A DNA stretch of 19,063 nt from Ginkgo biloba. Its lineage: Eukaryota > Plantae > Ginkgophyta. The stretch lies in NCBI GenBank assembly GCA_024626585.2, contig JANKJI020000002.1, positions 137,495,221 to 137,514,283 on the forward strand, written 5' to 3'. Shown here one piece after another: positions 10,133 through 19,063 of the stretch (its first letter is position 1; each line of letters starts with the position of its first letter). The position numbers and the translations under genes are program-made. The notes under the pieces were generated by a model that was not told the origin of the DNA, searched no databases, and saw only the letters and a program-made list of their open reading frames with translations.

Positions 10133-11221
10133 AGGATACGTAGTGGGGGATAATACTTACTTTGTCACTACTAAAGACAGGGACAAAAAATGGAGTTTAA
10201 GGTTATCCATAAGTTTAGTGAATATGGTCAACACGCCCTTATCAATTTTCTATCGCCACCTATGGTGAGAATATTATTTACTTTTGACCTTTGTTTTTAT
10301 ACTAATTCAACAACTTCAAATAGAATAAAAATAATTCATTTCAGGAAAAACAAAATATTTCCTTTTCCAACTCTTATCATTTAAGCATCCTTTAAGAATG
10401 TGTTCCAATCTTACTTTGCCAGAAGCATGCGATAGAATTGATTTAAAGAAGTATAATGGGCACTCTTGAACCACTTTATTGCAAACCATACATAATGTTA
10501 AATTTAAAATGTCAGTTTCAAAAAGTAAGGCACGTAGAATAACAAAAGTTGAAGTTTTCACGACAATCTCATTTCTTATTCTCAAGGCATCTTAAGGCAA
10601 TTTGAAGTGTTTACATCTGAGAGAAATAATGATGTTTGTACGATCCTTGTGGAATCATATATCTAGACCCAAGAAAATTTCATAGGCTCCATCTAAGTTG
10701 CAATTGTATTAGATGAACATCATTCATTGGGGTGAGGTGGGATTTAATCTTAAGTTTTGTTTTCACATAAAATCATATCAAAGTGATGAAACTTGAATGG
10801 CTAGGCAATTCACCTTTAGCAAGGCTAGTCACAAAGTTCAGTGGTACACACTTATGGTTGAAGGCATGATGCTTATGTGTGGTTATCCTTGTGTGGAAAT
10901 TAAAGGCTTAATAATTTATTTATTGGTAACCCTCTTAATGTATTTTTTTNNNNNNNNNNACAATTCCAAACTTTTGGAATGTAGTTTTCACAAGTCAATT
11001 CAAAAGCATAAAGGTTCATACATGCCACACAAATGATTTGAACATCAATTACCAAGCTCATGAAATTCATTACAAGTCCACATCCAGGGATAATAATTTC
11101 CTTTTGATTGTGCTTCATGATTGGATTTTGGCTTTTTAAGCTTAGTGCCTCCATATAAAACTTAAAACCTTAGTATTTAAGTGGATAATACACTTTCCCT
11201 CTTGAACTATCTTTGGGGGCA

Positions 11222-12860
11222 TTTTTTTTTTGGGGAAACGAGTCTAGCTATCTTATATGAATCATAAAAAAAACACGCTACAACTATCAAGGCGAGTCCT
11301 AGAAAAATATACAAAACAAAGATCAATCCTTAAAATTACATCGTGGGGATCCAGACTACCAACTATAAAAAAGATAACACCATATAAGCAAAATAAAAAA
11401 GAGAGGTTTCTCCAAAAGAGCACAACAAGCATTGATCTTGGTCTTCCTCTCATAGTGGAAGGTTTAAGTCAAAACCCAACAATTTCTTACCTCGTGAGGA
11501 GCTTATCTCTTCTAAAGTTGCTAGCTTGCACCTTTTGTACATGATCATGTTCTATCTAGCTTGCATACCTACACCATGCATTTGTTGCACCTTATGTAAT
11601 CCTTGCGAGGGTTGCCTAATTGTTGGCCTTGGAGTCAAACGATGCTCTTGAAAGATTCTCTAAATCATAGTCCTAATTGCATGTGCCTCAATACGTTCCC
11701 GCCACTACCAATGAAGAGATTTATAGAGATAAAAGAAGCAATGTAAGAGGTAAACATATGGATTTGAGATATTAAAAAGAACATCATTTATAAAATTTTA
11801 GATGGCCCATAACATCTCCATCTAAGGATATATCAGGATTCCTAAAATCTAACACTAATGGGATAAGCATTCCGTAAAAGATGGATATTCCAGTTGTGGG
11901 GTTGAAAAAGGTGGTAAGCCATATCAAATTCTATTTTATACCAAATAAATTAGAACTTTAGACAAGTCTAAAAGAATAAGTTGATTTTTTGTAGAATTAT
12001 ACAAAAGGGACATATAATGTGTGGTAATGTAGTTTAATCAACATCTCTGATACATGAAAACCATTATGCACCATCAACTAGAGAAATGCCTTTTTCTTTC
12101 CTTCTATATTGATGTGTATCAAGCTACACATGCTTGAGGAGTTTGTTACCTCTTCTAGATAGGGTAACATATTTCTTTTAGGTTAAAATCTTTCCAACTC
12201 AATTTTTATACCATGATCTAAAATGGCCAACCCAAAATGTTTAGCATTAAAAAGCATAAAAGTTGGTTCTACAAAATGAAGAGTCTAGCAGTAGGAAATC
12301 CTATCCTATGGACATGATCATTTCATATAAGGAAATGCCCCCCATCTCTCCCAAGACCACCAAATCGCCTTAAAAATAAAGGAACCCTTTACCTTAAACT
12401 TCATTATCATTGTAATATTGTTTCCTATTTGTATCCCTTCTTAAGACTTTTTAGAGCCCGCAAGGACTTCATTTATCCATACAAAATTGAATTTACTCTT
12501 TCTATGGTCCCTCACCCTTACATGCTCTTAAAATCCATTTACATATAAGGTCATATATCCCTACATTTTTATACTAACTCAATATCAAGACCTACCTCAT
12601 CTTTATCTACATAACAAACATTCTAAAGGGGATATGTAGTAATTTAAAAATCTCCCCATTAGTAATTATCTTTTGTACCCACTCAAGAAAATTCTTTAAA
12701 CACCCCAAGAGAAAATAAATTTATGAAGGGAAATCAAGGATCCTAATGCTTCATAAAAGATATCCAATTGATTAAAGAGATAAATCTATAATATTTTTTT
12801 AGGCTATAACTATGATATTAGTATCACCAACAAACCAATAATAGATTAACTACTTATGGG
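11222..12860 (-). mobile_element. Decayed 5-prime-truncated L1-type LINE (copy B) with 3-prime UTR and poly(A)
   Basis: Minus-strand remnants HK*LIYYWFVGDTNIIV (RT FADD motif), QLDIFYEALGSLISLHK, NGEIFKLLHIPF, DKDEVGLDI, CKWILRACKGEGP and KVKGSFIFKAIWWSWER are collinear with copy A. A T-rich UTR ends in CCCC-A10 (T tract 11222-11231). Confidence 0.8.
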
Positions 12861-12866
12861 ATAATG

Positions 12867-12973
12867 TGATGTACCCTCTTGGTGCTGGAGGATTTATTGT
12901 TAGTAATGTAGCAGAAATGATTGAACAAACCCAAGGGGGTAATCCTCTTCTCACCCTTCAACCCTCTGAATCT
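12867..12973. mobile_element. Possible LTR terminus abutting LINE copy B and running into a gap
   Basis: LINE homology stops at about 12860. Unrelated, GC-richer sequence begins TGATGTACCC (minus strand ends GGGTACATCA), which resembles gypsy LTR ends. The other terminus is not visible. Confidence 0.25.
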
Positions 12974-13114
12974 NNNNNNNNNNNNNNNNNNNNNNNNNNN
13001 NNNNNNNNNNNNNNNNNNNNNNNNNNNNNNNNNNNNNNNNNNNNNNNNNNNNNNNNNNNNNNNNNNNNNNNNNTTTGATGTTTAATTTATTTAATTAATT
13101 ATTATTATTTAGTT

Positions 13115-14306
13115 TCTAATTATTGTTGCATCTTTCCTTTAGATAAAAGTATGGCTTAATTAGCCCATAAAGCTTGCTCATGGTCAAATGCAGAACATGT
13201 ATGTTTAGGTGCCAATACCAATATGCTCACTAAGGATCTAAATATTTTAGAAAGGCTTTCTCTCTAACATCTCGAGGAATTACTATGAGGATCTTGTGGT
13301 GTAGGTTAAAATGGGAGTTAAGAAGACTACTCTAATGGCTCGATTCTTGCCAAGTAAACCATCTGTCCATCTAGTCATTCCAAAGATCTCCTATCATTCA
13401 AGTGCCTTGTTTATACCAAGCCCTAGCCTTGTGTGGAAATGCCACCCCAAAGGGTCTGGATTCATAGTGAAGAATCTTACACCACAAAAGAGAAAAACTG
13501 GAGGCAAAGAGACCCTTGTAAAGACCATGCCCTTGGTAGCGCAAGAATCTTCTACTCCTTTCCTAGGCTTTCCAAATCACTGAAGAAATGAAGGAACCTT
13601 GAACCTTGATTTTGATCATGGTAGCGAGGACATGACCTAGTTCTAGCTCCCCCTAAGATCTCAAATCTAGGGGCAACACTTTAGTGATCCTATACTGCAT
13701 TAGTGTCTACAACGACCCTTCACCTTTAAAAGGCCTCATAATCCATTTGTAGGCCAGGAAACATAAATAGGATTGGATGCTAGTAATACCTATACCACCC
13801 TCTTCTTTGTTGGCACAATAGACTAACCATCATACCTTCAAGATGGATCTTTCCTTGGATGACCCACTCCATAAGTAGTTTCTTAAATGGGATGTGAAAT
13901 TCCTTATAAATTGCTTTGGCTGGCAAAAGAAAGGAGGAAAAATAAACATGGATTGGAGAGAGCACTTTACTAACAATTTGAAGGCAGGCTGCTAAGGACA
14001 AATCTTTTACGTTCTAATATCAAAGTTTCCTCTTCAACATATCTACAATGGCATCCTACATTTGTCTCCTTGCTACATTAAAGGCAAGTGAAATGCCTAG
14101 GAATCTAAAAATCCATTACTAATTATCTTCCAACCATAGACCTTGACCCATTAAGGAATATCCCCTCTTTGTCCCTAGTAGCGTATAGATTTGTGGGATG
14201 AGATGGAAGAGCTTGAAGCATCACATAAAATGTTTACTTGATGTAGCAAGCAATTTATCTTAGAGGCCTTCACTGTAATGTCGTTGTCATCAACAAATTG
14301 TCCATA
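13115..14306 (-). mobile_element. Decayed L1-type LINE ORF2 (copy A): RT C-terminal half and downstream region
   Basis: Minus-strand translation with stops and frameshifts: YGQFVDDNDITVKAS..LCDASSSSISSHKS..YGWKIISNG..FRFLGISLAF..KRKL*Y*NVKDLSLAACLQIVSKVLSPIHVYFSS..LRNYLWSG..KV*W..YCANKEEGGIGI..LAYKWIMRPFKGEG..VQGSFISSVIWKA*ER..ARAWYKQG..IGDLWN. These correspond to the L1 motifs FADD, YLG, LS.AGR, FLW and K.EGGLG. Confidence 0.92.
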
Positions 14307-14899
14307 NNNNNNNNNNNNNNNNNNNNNNNNNNNNNNNNNNNNNNNNNNNNNNNNNNNNNNNNNNNNNNNNNNNNNNNNNNNNNNNNNNNNNNNNNNNNNN
14401 NNNNNNATTAGAATAAGAGAAGGATAAACTAGTAAGACACAAGTCTAGACAAAAATTTAGAGATAAAATAAGATTTTCAAGGCACTGAGAAGAAAAAATT
14501 ATGTTTGAGGATGTTAGTACACACCCCCTACTACCAACAACAACATAGGAAGAGAGCTAGAAAACAAGCCCCCTATATTGTTATAACACAGGTCAAGTAA
14601 GAGGTAGAGATGTTGAAAATCAAACCTAATAAGATAAAAAATGTTATGAGACTTAGTTAAGTAGCATATTTGACCCTTGAATAAAGTTTCTTATCATGGA
14701 GTAATAAAGCATAACTTATTTATAGAAAATCATAAAATTTAGATTGAAATTAGAGAGGAAAATATAGAAAAATAATTATCTTCAAGGCAATGGCATAGAT
14801 ACTAAAATTTAGGATAATAAATTGAAGTCATACGAAAGTGACATGGTATATTTTCATAAATATATATTTTAGGAATTTATATTGAGGAGATTAATATGG

Positions 14900-15021
14900 T
14901 GTCATCAACAAATTGTCCATAAAGCAGTTGCTTGGAAGACTAGGGCATCATAATCCCTTTGAGCGAGTATTGGACTCAAGATTTCTCAAACATATATCTT
15001 AGAGCATCCACTGATAATGCA
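14900..15021 (-). mobile_element. Upstream RT piece of LINE copy A
   Basis: Minus strand reads ALSVDALRYMFEKS*VQYSLKGIMMP*SSKQLLYGQFVDD. Its last 22 nt (14900-14921) are identical to 14285-14306. Confidence 0.85.
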
Positions 15022-15266
15022 TTGTGAGTTCTACTAAAAAATACCATACTCTCCAACTATGAAAAATGAATTAATAGGCTATAACAAAAAAATTTGAACT
15101 CTTCATACCACTTTTGTGGAACCTATTAGTGTTTAACACAAGTGCTGATTTTTTATCCTCTCTGATAAGGAGGGATAATAAATTCATGTATTTAAAGTGA
15201 TTTATCTTAATGGCGTATAATTAATCTTTAAACTATCTCATATCATTCTTGATCTTCCATTTAATC

Positions 15267-15431
15267 TTTGTGTTAAAAGAGGAAAGGGAGTCACCACTAC
15301 TATGACTCTTGATTTCTTTGCATTCTTCCATGAAAGTGATTATACACCATGCAAAATACACTTTGTGAAAGATCTCAAATGGCTAACAAGAGCCATATGG
15401 TGGCAAGTCTTATTCCTCTTTTTAACACAAA
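15267..15431. mobile_element. Short element bounded by inverted repeats (solo LTR, TRIM-like or MITE)
   Basis: TTTGTGTTAAAAGAGGAA (15267-15284) is the reverse complement of TTCCTCTTTTTAACACAAA (15413-15431) apart from one indel. It contains TGTTAAAA...TTTTAACA termini (15271-15427). No exact TSD. Confidence 0.45.
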
Positions 15432-15697
15432 TTTCNNNNNNNNNNNNNNNNNNNNNNNNNNNNNNNNNNNNNNNNNNNNNNNNNNNNNNNNNNNNNNNNN
15501 NNNNNNNNNNNNNNNNNNNNNNNNNNNNNNNNNNNNNNNNNNNNNNNNNNNNNNNNNNNNNNNNNNNNNNNNNNNNNNNNNNNNNNNNNNNNNNNNNNNN
15601 NNNNNNNNNNNNNNNNNNNNNNNNNNNNNNNNNNNNNNNNNNNNNNNNNNNNNNNNNNNNNNNNNNNNNNNNNNNNNNNNNNNNNNNNNNNNNNNNN

Positions 15698-16330
15698 AAC
15701 GTTGAAGCATGGTGCCATTCTTTTACTTATCACACAGCATTTGCTTGCTGACATGATGATGTGGCAACACTGCTGACTCATCACGCCATGACTCATACTA
15801 GCAACAGGACGAGGCTAGATTGAATCAACTCGGCCAGCGCGCGAGATCACACTCATGTAAGGGAGGCAGACAACCAGTGACGTAGCACAAACCATGCCAA
15901 TTCAAGCATCTGGTTGTTGAGTTGTAAGAAGTCGTGCTGACAAAGCACATAAAAATTGTCTCGAAATGCCACGTGGACAGTCTTGTGGTCTTTGAAGTCC
16001 GACACATTACACCATATCACCACCCACTGACGACTCACGAAAACAGCGCACCTATTTCAATACTAAGCACCAATAGTCATCCTAGCATTGCTACGTGTCA
16101 ATATGGGTACTCCCGACTTAGCCGCGCTGTATTGTATTTTTTGCTAGATGGGCATTTACCGACGGCCGATGTGTAAATGGAGTTTTCCCCCAGTTTATTG
16201 GCAAATCATGATGTGGGCGGAGAGATTTTGCCTTTTCCGTGACAGGACGGTGACTAAACAGAGCGCAGAGAATGTTGTCTTAATTGCTATAGACTGATTG
16301 CATGTATTTGGGTGGTTGTCCACGTTTTTT
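15698..16330 (+). promoter_or_regulatory. CpG-retaining putative promoter with clustered stress and bZIP cis-elements
   Basis: About 26 CpG in 15698-16320 by hand count, against 1 in 1-780. TGACTCA 15774 and 15789, TGACGT 15878, G-box GCCACGTGG 15968-15976, ABRE TACGTGTC 16092-16099, CCGAC 15999, 16113 and 16159 (TACCGAC 16157), CGCG boxes ~15838 and 16122, CCAAT 16070. Lies directly upstream of the candidate CDS. Confidence 0.6.
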
Positions 16331-16356
16331 GGTGCAGTTGAAGTGGCAACTCAGTT

Positions 16357-16440
16357 ATGGATAAGCATTACTGGTCAGTGAGAAGTATGGAGAACATGTG
16401 TGTAGGGCAGGGGGAAGAAAAGAATCCGATGCATAGATGA
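16357..16440 (+). other. Candidate upstream ORF, 27 aa (MDKHYWSVRSMENMCVGQGEEKNPMHR)
   Basis: ATG at 16357 to TGA at 16438-16440, with 4 in-frame ATGs. Ends 25 nt before the main ATG. Relevant only if it lies in the transcript leader. Confidence 0.3.
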
Positions 16441-16465
16441 TGGTAGAAGTTGGGTATTCCACGGA

Positions 16466-16918
16466 ATGAGCATTCAAGGCTTAAGCTACGCTTTGGGACG
16501 TTGCGTATCTGCTGTGGACTTTTGTTGGGGGGTCAGAAAGCCGCATATTTGTGGGTTTTCAAAGGTCTATCTCAGCTGGGAATTCTCAGCATCACCCAAG
16601 GGCAATGCTCAATTAGCTTGGCCCCGATTGGCGTCCTATTGTGATGGAGACCAAATCAAGTTTGTGCCCAATACCCTTATTTCAAGGGCACTTACCCTTA
16701 AGTGCAGTGAGGGTCTGAGGTCTGAGCAAAGAAACAGTAGCGGATGGGATGTCAAATGGTCTATGCATAAAAAGGGCAGAGCATCTGGCACTCAGTACAC
16801 TCTCACCTCCCATTTTTTGTCTGGAATTGATTTTCCAAGGGAAGAGGACAGTAAAACAGCTCTGCAAACTATGGATAGAAAAAGTGAGGAGGACGGCTTT
16901 GGGGATCAGTCAACTGAG
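16466..16918 (+). CDS. Candidate first coding exon (151 codons) of an unidentified host gene; N-terminus may be an organellar transit peptide
   Basis: Part of the longest N-free ORF in the window. The ATG is the first after an in-frame TAG (16403). Ends at donor GAG|GTATTT (phase 0), followed by a 71-nt T-rich intron ending TTTCCTCTACCAG. CpG is retained. The N-terminal part is Ser/Arg/Lys/Ala-rich and the end is acidic. Confidence 0.55.
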
Positions 16919-16989
16919 GTATTTCCCTGCATTTATTCTTTAAAAACCTTGCATTAATTTGTCGCATTATCAATTGTTTCCTCTACCAG

Positions 16990-17048
16990 ATGGAATTGAA
17001 GTGCTACCTCAAGCTCTCTGTTTCTTCGTGCCCCTCTCGGGAGCGATG
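16990..17048 (+). CDS. Candidate second coding exon (MELKCYLKLSVSSCPSRER + TG, phase 2)
   Basis: Acceptor CAG at 16987-16989 and strong donor TG|GTAAGC at 17048/17049. Only the exon-1 frame stays open across the junction; the other two frames hit TGA. Confidence 0.5.
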
Positions 17049-17599
17049 GTAAGCTTGGGCATCCCAATGTAGTATAGGCCTCGTTTTTCATTGTCAGATT
17101 AATCCACTTTAGAATTAGGGACTATGCTACGTATAGGAGTTAAATGACTCCTGGAATACGACTGCTGTTTAATGACAGCAATAAAACAGTGGAGCAAACG
17201 GCTTTCATCTTTTTTTCCCCCCTCCTCCCCTTTCTGTGAAGGAAAATATTATATAGTTATAGAATATGTAAAGAAGGACTAATAGCAGGCATTAACATTT
17301 TTTGCACAATTTTTATGGATAAGCNNNNNNNNNNNNNNNNNNNNNNNNNNNNNNNNNNNNNNNNNNNNNNNNNNNNNNNNNNNNNNNNNNNNNNNNNNNN
17401 NNNNNNNNNNNNNNNNNNNNNNNNGACAATATATGCTATAACGAAATAATGCATAAGCTCTAATTTAAGAAGAAAGGATCGAAAGGAAGACGAGATCTTG
17501 CATATAAATAAATAGATGATTTTATTAATAATGAAAAGGAAGGAATAAATTCTTATAGTGATCTTACCCAAAGATGAGGTTTGGACGATGGGTGATAAC

Positions 17600-18917
17600 A
17601 AACCTCTCTTTCCTTCTTCCTCTTCCTCAGCGGCTTCTTTTGACAGTCAGTACACGTTGAATAACATGAACTGCTCCCATGCTTCTCTTCTGGGACATTA
17701 GGGCTTCTTTGAACTAAGCACTTTTTAAGCATCTTAAACTTGAAAGTATTTGTCAGCCATCTTCTTGGTTACACTTCTCTAAGATAGTTTAAAGTCCTTG
17801 TGTAATTCCCTTCTTCCTTTGAACATTTATTAGCTATAATTATTAATAATGCTTCATGGCTGTGTGTACAGCTGATGCTATATTTTTCTTATTCCAATTT
17901 CTTAAGCCTGCTCTGTCAAAGCTGACCAAAAGCATCACCATACATTCATAATAGCTGAATAAATTTTTGGGAGCAGATGCTATCTGGGACTCAAGATTGG
18001 CCATCTTCAGGCCTTAGATTACACAAGCAATGCCGACTGTTTTCTCAAAGTAAACTCCTCTCAGTATTATTTCATTCTCATTTGGTCACCAAACATTGCT
18101 GCTTATTGACTTATACCCTTGAAAATGTGTTTGAGCAGATAATTGACTCTTCCAGGTTCTATCCTATATCGTACCAGATAAAACCTTTCAAAATGATGCA
18201 TTTACAAAACTTCCATATCCCTTTCATCAAGAAGTCAAAAAATTATTCAATTTTCATCAGAGGAGCTGGTTCCTCTATCTCCACTCCTAGCATCCAGAAG
18301 ATTCCTAGAGGTCCTCAATTGAGTAACAGCTCTCCTAGCCCTCTGAACTGCTTATGCACATCTTTATTGACAGGTCCATGTGGATGATCATCATCAGCAT
18401 CTGGCTTAGGATCAGAAGAAAGACCATCGACATCCACCACAATAAGATTCCAAGAAGTGTTTTACTATCTTTCTGGTACTGAGAAGCAGGAACGGCCTAT
18501 TGTCACAGGATCAAGAGTAGATTGGGATTGAAAAGTCAGACTAACTTTTTGACTTTCCTCTTCNNNNNNNNNNNACTGAGGAAGGAGCTGTCATTGGAAC
18601 CTGCTAAAGTGTCAACATTGCTTATTGGAACACATGGTTGATCAGGTTGTTCCTCTTTTGGTAACACCCAGCTAGTCCCCTCAGGAGGAGGACCCCATCC
18701 ATCATTATTTTCTGTCCAACTCCCTCTATCATCTCCAGATGTCTGCCACAAATATGTAAAGGTTTATCATCATGTCTTGGTTCTCTAATAACATCTCCAT
18801 AATCCTTCTCATGGTAGCTTCCTTGTCTGCTAAAACTCTTCTTGGTAATGTCTGCCTTCCTCCCCCTTCCCCACCCCCAAAAGGCTCCCATATGGACTAA
18901 CATACTAGTGCAGATAC
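17600..18917 (-). pseudogene. Decayed minus-strand coding-like region of unknown family (possibly a transposon accessory ORF)
   Basis: Purine-rich minus strand with an acceptor-like TGTTTGTTACAG|G at 18918/18917. Protein-like pieces broken by stops and shifts: RRVLADKEATMRRIMEMLLENQD, GDDRGSWTENNDGWGPPPEGTSWVLPKEEQPDQP, VDVDGLSSDPKPDADDDHPHGP, RARRAVTQLRTSRNLLDARSGDRGTSSSDEN, LKMANLESQIAS, SRLKKLE*EK, KEAAEEEEEGKRG. Confidence 0.45.
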
Positions 18918-19063
18918 CTGTAACAAACACAGATCCAATGTTGGTTGAATTGGCAAAACAAACAAGTGAATTATAGTATCACATGGATACTAGTATGGAG
19001 CTACTGCGTGGAGGAAGAAAAAACACAATTTTATCTTGCTTTCCAAATAAAATGCACCATTTT

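Noticed and set aside
14407-14899. Insert as a gypsy gag-protease remnant
   Set aside because: Only a vague resemblance, with no recognisable D(S/T/P)G or CCHC motif.
15375-15435. Minus-strand KFVLKRGIRL as the LINE RT motif RG.RQG
   Set aside because: QGCPL is absent, the segment is not contiguous with the RT piece ending at 15021, and it coincides with the inverted-repeat arm.
17207-17236. Minus-strand polypurine run followed by TG, read as a PPT plus 3-prime LTR covering 15.7-17.2 kb
   Set aside because: No second LTR or CA terminus is visible. The high CpG retention and coherent + strand exon structure fit a host gene better. Not fully excluded; a copy-number search would settle it.
17977-18387. 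136-aa + strand ORF as the next exon of the candidate gene
   Set aside because: Splicing the phase-2 TG onto AG|ATG at 17977 gives TGA. The acceptor is weak and the peptide looks like the antisense shadow of the minus-strand relic.

Overview
AT-rich, gap-ridden eukaryotic DNA from a land plant. The retroelement fragments resemble those I associate with non-angiosperm seed plants, but that is inference. Positions 1 to about 15.4 kb are strongly CpG-depleted and made of decayed transposon and duplicated DNA. They hold a ~1.4 kb diverged direct duplication, Ty3/gypsy integrase and gag relics (+), two decayed L1-type LINE ORF2 copies (-), a possible L1 ORF1 fragment, AT-rich tandem repeats and small candidate elements. 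At about 15.7 kb the sequence switches to a CpG-retaining segment dense in bZIP, ABRE, DRE and CGCG motifs. It is followed by what looks like the first two coding exons of a + strand host gene (16466-16918, 16990-17048) with canonical GT-AG splice sites; I do not recognise the product. A decayed minus-strand reading frame lies downstream (about 17.6-18.9 kb). Most ORFs in the supplied track are spurious or run through N gaps. I found no CRISPR array, RNA gene or convincingly new biological system; the best leads are under findings. All translations and counts were done by hand and element boundaries are approximate.
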